Below, in pieces: positions 21,501 to 31,712 of a stretch of DNA of 31,712 nucleotides (positions are counted from its first letter, which is position 1; each line of letters begins with the position of its first letter). Made by a program: the position numbers and the translations under genes. The stretch comes from Spirogloea muscicola (lineage: Eukaryota): positions 345,990-377,701 of the forward strand of contig WELB01000026.1 in assembly GCA_009602725.1 (NCBI GenBank), read 5' to 3'. The notes beneath the pieces are model-generated. The model saw only the letters and a program-made list of their open reading frames with translations, was not told the origin of the DNA and made no database searches.

Positions 21501-22667
21501 TTCAAAGCGCTGCCGTCTATCTGCTCTTTCATGCGCAAGTTAATCTGCAGAGTCTCTCACATGTCAAGCATTGCTTTACTACACAAGTACACAAGCCTTG
21601 AAGGAAAGCCTTGTCGTGGACATCTTTGCCAGAATGTTAGACTTGCAAGTGCAAAGTATTCCCTGATCCCGGTGCTCTGCAAATTAGAGCCTCTACTGTT
21701 TGATTTCACCAGATGACTTTAGGCTCATTTCTACAAGCACTTTGGCTGCCCGGCAGATCACAGAGGGTATTGGGCAGGGGCGCGTGACTGGCAATCTTGA
21801 GGATTGGGGTGTGCCCGAGCGCGACGGTGGTGTCGTGGACTTTTGGTGCCAGGTGGGCCACGACTGGGTGACTTCCTAACATACTTGGTCGGAGCAACTC
21901 ATTGCTTACTGTTTGTCTGCAGTAATGACATATTTGACTTACGGGCAGTCTACTAGGCCCTGCAATAGCTACATCTATGTGCTGAGGATCATGAAAAGTC
22001 CAGGCAGACATGGAGCAACAGCTTGACAGGGCTGCTTGTATGGCAGCCAGCAGACTTGGGTCATGTGTCGTTTAGCTGATAGCTGATTGTGTGTTACTCT
22101 GTCCTAACACGCTGCACTTGCACAGTCGGGCCAGCTTGGCATACACACATTGCTGCAAGAGTCATACCGAGATTGTGGTGGCGGCTGCAGGTGGCAGATG
22201 ATGAGGCGCTGCCTCTGGTGTACGACTTGCTGCAGCAGGAGGGCCTCTGCATGGGGGGATCCACGGGCATCAATGTCGGAGGTGCCCTCTGCGCCGTGGT
22301 TGTTGTTTTGAAGCTATCATTATTCCATGTGCTGAACATCGTAGTAGTGACCCATTGCATCCCTGGTGGTCTTGAACACGAAGCTGGACTCCTGAGTCGG
22401 TGAAGCTTTCAACATATTCAGTGCGGGCTTTGCAACTGGTAAGGCTGACTGTGTCTCAAGTCGTGTCGTGTGCCAGGGGCCATCAAGCTGGCCAAGGAGC
22501 TGGGGCCAGGGCACACGATCGTCACAATTCTCTGCGACTTTGGGACTCGGTACCAGAGCAGGCTCTTCAACGTGGACTTCCTCAAGTCCAAGGGCCTCCC
22601 CGTACCCAGGTGGATGGAGACAACAAAAGCCCAAAATGATCTTCCTGTGGTCTTTGAGGCGGCCTGA
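18556..22667 (+). CDS. cysK: Cysteine synthase / O-acetylserine (thiol) lyase, alphaproteobacterial/fungal-type, with a probable organelle transit peptide; first exon(s) unresolved
   Basis: In-frame exons 18556-18687, 18932-19000, 19156-19215, 19449-19589, 19905-19949, 20101-20175, 20446-20478, 20666-20708, 21025-21113, 21349-21456, 21757-21852, 22191-22281, 22477-22667. Motifs: [20 protein letters not shown] (PLP Lys), [43 protein letters not shown]. Confidence 0.95.
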
Positions 22668-23270
22668 TCCGCGGGTCGTCTGAGGTGGTGCGTTGCGTAC
22701 ACTTCCCAAACGGCCAACATTGCCCATTACAGTGCGATGCGAGACTTGTGTTCATCCCAGAGCCTGTTATCGGTCTTAGTCGGAAGCTCTTCCTCAAATC
22801 ACCCCTACGTCGTGCTGAACACATAGCGTGCTTCAGCGGCAGACACAATCATGATCTCAGGTTGCACCTCAGAATGGCCCTCCACATGAGAGAGTCTAAA
22901 GAAGAGCACACAGTATGGGAGATCCATCAAGGAGGAGCTTTTGGAGTGATGGGAGAGCTCTCGTGGACGATGTTAGCATCAGTCCACTTTCTGATTGGGG
23001 CAAGGCCACGCGGTAGCAGCCGGAGGGCACTGACCTAGAAGCACAACTGCGTCGCAATGGCGATCATGGTTCAAATGGTCGTCTGCCAGCCTCTCCGAGG
23101 TGCTTTCGGACGGAGCAAACGGATGACTGATAACGGCGCCGTCAACGTGAGAAGCGCCGTCGACTTAAGGTGGTAGCTCTGTACGGTGGCTCTCTGGGTG
23201 AATTCCAGAGAGCCACCGTGAAACACTTCCCGACAAGGCCGTGCCGCTTGGCGCGCCAAGTGCCGGGCGG

Positions 23271-23280
23271 GCCACGTGGC
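23271..23280. promoter_or_regulatory. Perfect palindromic G-box/ABRE (GCCACGTGGC) upstream of the F-box/MYND gene
   Basis: Exact motif about 0.9 kb upstream of ATG 24172 (distance includes a gap). A second CACGTG lies at 23473-23478. Confidence 0.35.
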
Positions 23281-23783
23281 GCTGCGTGGGGGCACCGGCC
23301 GGCGGAAAGGCGGGATTTGCGGCGCAATGATGGCGCGATCCGCGTGCGAGCCACCTGGGAGCGGCAGCGGGAACGGCCGCCGCGGGCACCTGAACGGCAG
23401 CGCCGCGACGGCACGCGGCCGTCGCGACCCGCCGGGGGGCCGCCAGGGGACACGCTTCGGGTTGCTCCAGGTCACGTGCTGCGGGTGGCCAGGTGCTACG
23501 CGACGGGCGCTCCCTGCGGGTCCGGACGGGGGGCTTGCTGGGAGCCCCCGAAGTGCCAGCTGGCGACGCAGGTGGCGGCGGCAGCGGGGGGCGGCACGGC
23601 GGGGCCCCTGTCGGCGCGCCATCATTTGGCGGCACCCGGGGGCGGCCCCGCCCCCAGCGACATTTCCACGGCTCCCGTGGCCCCCTCACGGCTACTGACC
23701 CCCCCGGACCGAAATCGGATCCGATGGCCTTTCCCCGGGCTGCCCGGCTTGCCCGCGCCACCCTACCCCCCCCTTCTCCCTCG

Positions 23784-24141
23784 NNNNNNNNNNNNNNNNN
23801 NNNNNNNNNNNNNNNNNNNNNNNNNNNNNNNNNNNNNNNNNNNNNNNNNNNNNNNNNNNNNNNNNNNNNNNNNNNNNNNNNNNNNNNNNNNNNNNNNNNN
23901 NNNNNNNNNNNNNNNNNNNNNNNNNNNNNNNNNNNNNNNNNNNNNNNNNNNNNNNNNNNNNNNNNNNNNNNNNNNNNNNNNNNNNNNNNNNNNNNNNNNN
24001 NNNNNNNNNNNNNNNNNNNNNNNNNNNNNNNNNNNNNNNNNNNNNNNNNNNNNNNNNNNNNNNNNNNNNNNNNNNNNNNNNNNNNNNNNNNNNNNNNNNN
24101 NNNNNNNNNNNNNNNNNNNNNNNNNNNNNNNNNNNNNNNNN
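23784..24141. other. Assembly gap (358 N)
   Basis: Run of N. Confidence 1.
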
Positions 24142-24171
24142 GGCGGCGGCAGGCGGCGGGCCCGGCGGAAG

Positions 24172-24391
24172 ATGCGCACCCGGCGGGGGGGCTACCAGAG
24201 CCCGTCGGACGGCCTCACCTTCCACCTGCGCCTGCCCAAGATGCCGCCGCGGCCGCCGTCCATTGCCGCCGCGTCCGGCGGCGGTGGCCGCAAGCGCTCC
24301 GCGCCCGTCGCCGCTGCCCACGTTGCCCAGCACCCCCACAAGCGCCAAGCTCCTCTCCCCGCCGCCCCCACTGCTGCCGTCGCCGCTCTCT

Positions 24392-24422
<31 letters not shown>

Positions 24423-26463
24423 GCACGATGCCGGCGGCATCCTCTACCGGCTCCCGGTGAGACGAGCCCGCTTCTCGTCTCTCCCTCCTCCCCTCCCTCT
24501 CCTGTCTTGCCGCTTTTCCATACCAGCAGCCGCATTCTCCTTTCTCCCTCCCTCCTCCCCCCTCCCCTCTCCTCCCCATGCTATGCAGCGGCTGAGCGTA
24601 AGGGCCCACTTGAAGGATCTGCCGCTGCGGGACAGCCGATCGCCATTGGAACTTCAATGGCTTCTCAGAATGGCTTCTCAGAGCCCCTTCAGGCTGCCAC
24701 GGCCGAGGTGGCTCCGATCCACTCAACCACTGCCCCACGCTTTGCCGCCGATGGCAGGACGACGTCCTCCTCCTCATCATGGCCAAGGTGGCGGCCGGCG
24801 CATCCGCCCCAGCCAACCTCATCAACGCCATGCTGACGTAAACAACCGGCATCGCCGCAGCTTTCATCACCGATCCAGCTGCCGTACTCTCTGTCCCTCT
24901 CTCTCTCTCTCTCTTATTCAGATGCTGTGGGACTCTGCGGCGCACCCACTGAGGTGCTCGCGCTTGGGGCCGCTTGCATTACTGCGGCGCAGGTGCCGGC
25001 GGATGTGTGTCCTGGGCACGCACCGCGACGTGCTGCGCGGCCTGGCGCCGGCCGGCATGATGCTCGGCGCGGCGGCGTGGTCGGACGGCGCGTACCGCTT
25101 CCTCCGGCGCTGCAGCCGCGCTGGCAACATGGATGCCTGCTACACGCTCGGCATGGTGTGGCCGCGCGGCTGCTGCTCCCTCCCCTCCCCCTACCTCCCT
25201 CTCTCCTCCCCATCAGTCGCTCCCTCTTCTCCTACACCCTCATCTCTCTCCTCTCACAGGGGCCCTGACCAGCCCCCCCCCACCCCCCCCTCTGCTTCCT
25301 TGTTGCCGAGACAGATCAAGTTCTACTGCCTGGAGGATCGGCGTGGCGGCGCGGCGCTCATGGCGCAGGCGGCCATGGCGGGCCACCCGGGCGCGCTCTA
25401 CTCGCTCGCCATCATCCACTTCAACGGCAGCGGCGGGCGGCGTGGAGACCGCGATCTGGCGTCCGGCGTGATCCTGTGCGCCAAGGCGGCAGCGGCAGGC
25501 CATGTGGACGCGCTACGCGAGCTCGGCCACTGCCTAGAGGACGGCTACGGCCTCCCCGCCAACGTGGTCGAGGGCCGCCGCCTGCTGCTCGAGGCCAACG
25601 CGCGTGAGGCCGCGCAGATCATGGCCAGCTCCATCGTCGTGCCACGCTTGCGGCACGGCGCCGCGCCGCCACCTCTGCCGCCCCTGCCGGCCACCACAGT
25701 GGCATCCCCACCGGTGGCGGCGCCGGCGGCAGCCATGGCGGCAGAGCTTGGCTCAGTCATGTACCTCAGCACGGCCCCGCTCCCGCGCTTCCTCAGCACC
25801 GCAGTGGCGCCGGCGTCCTCGACTCCGTCGGCCACGAGCAGCAAGGCTAGCGGCAGCGCCCCATCGACGGAGGCCCAGTCGCAGCCAACCATTGCCAAGC
25901 CGCCGGCGCCAGTAGCGGTAACGACGGCTGCGATGGCAGCGTCAGCGGCAGGCGAGGCTCGTCACCTGCCGCCGCCGCCGCCATCGCGGCCACCGCAACA
26001 GCAGCAGGCAGCGCTGCCTCTGGCGCCGGCGGGAGCGGCAGCTGCGGCGTTTGTCCTCCAGCTTGGCCGCCTGAAGCCCGAGCCCTCATCACCGCCGTCG
26101 CCGCCGCCCCTGGCGGCGCCACCGCTGGCTCGGCGCACCGTGCACTCGTTCCTTGTGGGCTGGCACCGCCAGCACGGAGCCGCTGCAGCCTCCGCCACCT
26201 TGCCGGCCGTGGCAGTGGCAGCTGCGACGGACGGGCAGCAGCGGCCGTGCTCCAGCGGGCTGTGCGGCCGCTGCGAGACGCGGTGCAATGAGTACAGGTG
26301 CTGCTCAGCGTGCGGCGGCGCCAAGTACTGCTCGCGCGCCTGCCAGGCCGCCGACTGGCGCGCCGGCCACAAGCTCGTCTGCCCGCTCGTCGCTGCGCTT
26401 GGCCCCCACGCCGCCGCCGCTGCCGCCGCTGCCGCCGCTGCTGCAGGTGCCATTGCGCCATGA
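24172..26463 (+). CDS. F-box/SEL1-repeat/MYND zinc-finger protein (At1g67340/At5g50450 family), 558 aa
   Basis: GT-AG exons 24172-24456, 24758-24837, 24993-25155 and 25315-26463 join in frame. Family-type start MRTRRG, F-box LYRLPDDVLLLIMAKV, RFLRRCSRAGNMDACYTLGM/IKFYC, FNGSGG, LRELGHCLEDGYG, MYND CCSACGGAKYCSRACQAADWRAGHKLVC. Confidence 0.93.
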
Positions 26464-28838
26464 CTAATGCTGTGCCACAACCATCACTGCTTTCACCGCG
26501 GCCTGGGGATCGTCACATGATAGCTGACCCCGCCCTGCACCGCTCAACGCCGCCGGCGACGGGGTCATGGCTCATGTGGCGACTGCTGCCGTACCAAGCA
26601 CCGCGGCTTTTATCGCGCAACTGCAGCACTGCTGCCATTTCCTCCCTCCCTCCCTCAACTTTCACCAGTCCCTCAAACTCCCCTCCTCGCTTTCAAAGAG
26701 GCCGCTGAGCCAATGCCACTGCCAATTACCTTACAACCAGCACAGTCAGACTTCCGCATGCAGCGCGCCAACTGTGCTGCACCCGGGATTCTGACTGGCC
26801 AGGGCAGCGGTCAACGACTGAGGGCGGCTGTTTCCGCTGGTCGCAGCGATCTGTAGGGAAGCAGCCATGCAGAAGTAGGCAGGAACCCCCACGCCGGCGC
26901 GGCAAAGGCCACACTGCCTGCGGCGGCGGCGGCTCCTGCACCCTCTGGCTTGCTTGGTGCTCGCTCACCTTAGGGACTCAGAGTGCGTACCACGTCGTGG
27001 CACAGTGTGCCATCCGCGTAGGCACTGTCCTGGTCTGCGCCACGCCGTGTTGTCTGCGGGCAGGGGTCGTAAGCCCATCCCGTGGCGCAGGCATCTCGAC
27101 GACGGCGCAACCAGCGGCGCATCCCTTGCCTATTCCTGTCGTGTGTTGAAGACTTTGCTTTTGCTGGCCTGATATGGCTATGTGGACCATGTGGACCTGC
27201 TGCTAAAGAAAGTGGATGAATATCATGGACGATGTGATGCATTGCTTGCTCAGCGACATGTGCTGCTGCTAAGTTACTGCAAGGCCGCCTCAACAGGCCC
27301 AAATTGTGATGCCATCACAATTTGGAAGGTTGGGGTAAACGTCATTCTTTCCTTAGCTCACATAAATTCATCACAGAGTCTGAAACGTTGTGTGTAAGCA
27401 GGCACCTTGCTTACTGTTGTATGCTGGGTGTATCTCAACGTGCACTTGGTCGTTGACACGCTCTGCAATACTTTCACATTGAGGGCTGTGGACTAGCATA
27501 TACTGACTGGCTATTTAAGCTACTATTCATGTTGCTATTTGGTCTGTCTTTCATGTTGGGGCTTCCCTGTTTACTTCTGTCCACCTGTTTTGGGCTGGAC
27601 CTCCACAGCTACTGTAGTCTAAGAATGACCATTCCCTCATGGAGAGGGAGCCTAGGGACTCCAATGGCCAGGCGCATTATGAGGCAGCCGCGACAGTAAC
27701 AGCAGTAGTGGGAGATGGGCAGACGTGCTTTGCTGCCTATATCCAATCAAACGATGGACCAGGAACTTGCAATCAATACTCGGAATTCAGGTTGGCGGGT
27801 TGCACACCAACGGAAATATTTGATCAAGCTTTGTCAGTCACGGGAACGAGCATGCTGCAGGACAAAGAGCACCTGCACAGCGATACAGAGCCGGCTTGGC
27901 TGTACAAGCACCTTGTGGTTGGGAGATCCACCATTATGAACTGGTATCCACACTAAAAAGTGCCCGATTCAGATGACTGCCTTTGGCGTTCTAGATTACT
28001 TGAGTAACCGCAAAGACCCCAGATATAAGACAGATGCCACGCAGCTCCCATGAGCTTCATGCCATTTGCACTTCATGCCGTCGACAACCTAATTGTTAAC
28101 ATTTACATAAATAATCGTATCTGGCAATGCACCTATATGCAGCTATTATAGAGCAATCTGTTCTTTGTGATCTGCCAGACTGACGAGAGAGTGACCATCA
28201 ACAGATTCAGGGCGCTCATGTATAGGGCGCTCAGTATGAAGTAGAAGCGTGTTGTTGTGCCGCATGTGCGACCAAGCCTCTACTGCCATGCCGTGCCCTT
28301 CATGAACACATTAGAAATGTCCTCATCAACCAGGGGATGCTGCTTTGCAAACGAGAGAGTGAGGCCGCAAGTCTGCCCAGGTTGATCACTTTATGTCTTG
28401 TCAGGCAAACCCTGTGACGGCCTGAAGGAGCTGACAGGGGCTTGCACCAATGACGGCTTGCTTCTCAAGTCCTTCCTGTAAAGCAGCAAGCGTCTGTTCC
28501 CTCTTTACTTATTCATCTTGCGCTCACTTGAGCATAGGTGGGTCTGGCACTCGGGGCTTGCAAGCTGTCCAGCCAAATGGAACCTTGCATATGAAGCATG
28601 AACCGGGCAACCTGCGCTGGTTGTGCTGACTGGCGAGGCCAAGGTCGCAACAATGCTGCGGAGGGCTCACTTTGTTCAATGGAGGAGGTTAGCAGATTTG
28701 AACGCAAAAACGTAACAACGAATACATTGCAAAAAGGTAATGTGGTCATTTCCACCCACACTTCCCCTCTCCACCTCCTCGGTGCGAGCCAGCGAGCCGT
28801 AGCCGCAGACGCAGCCGCAGCCGCAGAGAGTCCTCATA

Positions 28839-31712
28839 TCAGTTGGGCTTTTGCGAAACCAGAGCCGAGAGTGATTGTGCGCCGACAAAGAGCAGGTCGG
28901 CGACCACGACTACAGCGACCTGCATGGGAAGGAGCAGGCGTCACAACTTGATCGAGACAGCAACAGCGGCCGTGGCATGCGGGGACCAATCTGCAGCTGA
29001 ACAGGCACTCACCAGGCGGGCAAACAGCCGGAGGCGGTAGCTGAGGCCCTCCTTGCGTGCCTGTGCACGCTGGACATCTGTCCACCTGCCAATAGGCAAG
29101 CCAGCGAGGAGGAGCCATTGAGGAGAGAGGATGGAGGTAGGTATGAGAAGGAGAGGAGGTGATTCTCCAGATGTGTACACGACCTTGATGGAACTTCAAA
29201 GCCCTGATCCTGGCCTGAAGCACAAATTACGACTCCTGAATATAAGCTGGGAGTTTGTGCTCACCCAAGAAATTCAGACATGCCGCCAATTCCTGCGAGC
29301 TTCAGCGATTGGGCGCCTTCCTGCTCGAAGTCCTGTGCCACCACAGCACAGATGGTGGGAGGAGGAGTTAGTGGCCTGCCGGAAGCCACAGAGTGAGTTA
29401 GGGTAGGAGGGATGGGGCGAGGAGGAGCGAGGGTTGAGGTTGAATGGGATGTTGGAATGAAGGCAGGGAGGGATGATTGTAAAGGATCGGCTAATTTGTT
29501 GAATTTGCTGAGAAGCACGGGTGAAAAGAGCAGTAGGACAGGGAAGAGATGGGGGAGGAAGGATCTTCAAGGTCGAGTGGTGGGCGGGGGTGACCGGGGG
29601 GGCCAAAAGGAGGAGAGGGGATAGATGCAGGGAGTGACCAGTGAGACAGAAAGCACCAGTAAGGGAAAGGAGGAGGGCGAGCCAGGCCAGGAGCAACGAG
29701 CGAGCACGAGCAAGCGGGGCAAGCGGAGAGCCGCTCACCCCCTCCTCCGTAGCATCAAACCCGCCATTGAGCCAGTAGAGGTTGCGGTATCCGGCCTTGT
29801 ACATCTGCTCGCACACCGCCAGCGACCTGCAGCGGCAACCATGGCCGAGCAGCCTCAGTTGCCGGTGCGGCAGTCCAGTGGCGATGGCGGCAGCAGCAGC
29901 AACCACTGTCTGCTGCTGCTGCTGCAACCATCCAGGGCAGCTCACCGGAGGCCCTTCTGGCAGGCCACGATGACGGAGGCGCTCTTGGGGATGCGCTGCA
30001 CGAGGTCCGGCATGAAGCGCCTGCGCAAGGCAGCAACCACAGCGGTCATGGAGAGGCGAGCTAAGACTAGAGGTGGGTTGGTTGGTCGCCCTCATCTCTT
30101 CCTTCCGGCTCGCTCTCTCCCTGCATCTGTCTCCCTCGGACGCACGGCACGGAGGTAGGGGAGGGAGGGAGGGGCTCACTCGTTGGGCTTCGTGACTGGG
30201 GCGCCTGACCACCACCGACCTGTAACCCGCTCGCACTGCAGACTCAGCGGGCAGCATGGAGTAGGTGCCAGACGTCCGTTTGCCAGACGCGGTCAGCAAG
30301 CAGCCTCCCAGAGGTGAGAGGAAGGAGGTGCCGGATACCCATGAGGAAGGAGGAGAGCTTGTTGAGCGCCGTGCCGGGGTCCAAGCTGCGGTTGACGTCG
30401 AATGCTGGCAGCCAGACGGAGTTCTTCACCCGCGCCTGCACCGGCACGATGGCGGCAGCCGGCTCAGGTGAGATAGTTGCTGAGCTGCCGCAGCGGCACC
30501 ATGAGCATGGCCACCAGGTAACCAAGACACACAACAACTGGAAAACCAGCAGCAACGGAGGCGTAAGCCGAGGGCACAGCCAGCTGCGCACCTTGTCGTG
30601 CTCTGTCGTGGGCCGCACGTCCAGCAGCGTGTGGGTGCCCAGCGAGACGGCGTAGCCCGCCTCCTTGGCGGACATTGACTTCACCTTGCCTTCCGTGACC
30701 TGCCGCCGCACCGCAACCACAAGGTGCAAATTGGAGGCCGGGAGAAGGAGGAAACTGAAGAAAGACTATCCCAATAGAGGAAAGGCTTTTCTGGGCTGCG
30801 TTTGCCAGCCAAGATAAAGGATTGCAAGAATTCGGAGGGGCCAGAAAAGCGCAGGGGAAGGCAAGGAGGGAGGGAGGAGAATGAGGGAGCGAGGGGCAGT
30901 GGGGAGGCAGGAGACGTAGAGGCACAAACGAGGGAGGACGAAAAGGGGAATGAAGTGTGCATTGAGTGATGGAGGGCCCGAGTGGCCAAGTACAAAGGCA
31001 AGCACACTAACAGTTGTACACCTCCTGCTGCTAAGCTGACCCGCGAGAAGGGGTAGGGACAGAGGGTGCAGGAGGGAGAGGGAAGGAGGAGGGAGCAGCG
31101 CCCACCTGGGACTCCCACCGGCGCTCGGCGGCGGCCATCTCCTTGATCTGCGTCTTGAGGTCCTGGGCGGCCGCAGCGCAGTGCAGCCCCGCGCGCCGCC
31201 GCCGCCGCCGCGCAGCTGGAGGCTGCAGTGCTCCATGAACGCAGGAGGGAAGGCAAGAGTGTCAAAGGCCTGCGGACTGTCATTGTGTTGGCACAGGTAG
31301 GAGATTCTGTACCAGCTTCGAGCTACGTCTACTCCCCATTTGAGTGCATAGTGACGCGCACGTTTAGCAAAGACAATAGCCTAAGAGGGCAGTCATCTTC
31401 TCTATCAGAGATGTCAGAGCTCAGAGGGATATTGATGAGAGGGCCAACGACAGAACGCTCGTCCTTAGACGAAATGACGCACGGTACAGACATAGCATGA
31501 CTCCGGGCCGCGCTCAGGCCGCACAGGCTGCGCCCGAGAGTCGGCGCGCCGCCGGACGTAGAGTCGAGGAGGAAAAGGAAATTGGAGGAGAGGAAGTGAA
31601 CGCGTGATCTCTGGGAGCACCTCGCCGAGTCCCAGCGGCCGAGAGGAGGCCGCCGGGCCGGCGGCGGCGGCGGCGGCGGCGGCGCCGCCTCCGCCGCACG
31701 GCAACCGGGAGC
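28839..31712 (-). CDS. STR11: Rhodanese-like domain protein 11, chloroplastic (At4g24750-like); start lies beyond the window
   Basis: In-frame exons >31712-31621, 31222-31106, 30699-30592, 30435-30339, 30219-30180, 30020-29946, 29826-29739, 29332-29265, 29085-29013, 28919-28839. Motifs: EGKVK..EAGY..LLDVRP, WWSGAP, IVACQKGLRSL, LAGIGGMSEFLGWTD, ADLLFVGAQ. Confidence 0.93.

Noticed and set aside
23170..26463. 1097-aa single ORF in the ORF track
   Set aside because: It reads through an N gap and three GC-rich introns. The real gene is the spliced 558-aa model starting MRTRRG at 24172.
27182..27397. 71-aa ORF MDHVDLLLKKVDEYHGRCD..
   Set aside because: Looks protein-like, but no family was recognised and no spliced model could be built.

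Overview
Eukaryotic, GC-rich, intron-dense genomic DNA, inferred from gene content and intron style to be a non-flowering streptophyte, probably a green alga. It has two assembly gaps (11295-12204, 23784-24141). Six spliced genes can be rebuilt by hand: the 3' part of a glycine cleavage T-protein (+); a complete group-A (MKK6-like) MAP kinase kinase whose catalytic HRD has become HGN, so a probable pseudokinase (-); two divergently oriented F-box/SEL1/MYND paralogs of the At1g67340 family, one lacking visible 5' exons; a bacterial/fungal-type cysteine synthase with a GC-AG intron (+); and chloroplast rhodanese-like STR11 (-). The stretch from about 5.8 to 17.5 kb is full of transposon remnants. 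These include at least five 5'-truncated CRE-like (restriction-like endonuclease) non-LTR retrotransposon 3' ends, three of them stacked head-to-tail, and a pogo-like MITE running into a gap. A GGCTG-N8-CAGCC stem-loop tail motif occurs about a dozen times across the window. The best leads are the intact MAPKK pseudokinase and this conserved retroelement tail motif. All family assignments come from recognised motifs; no searches were run.
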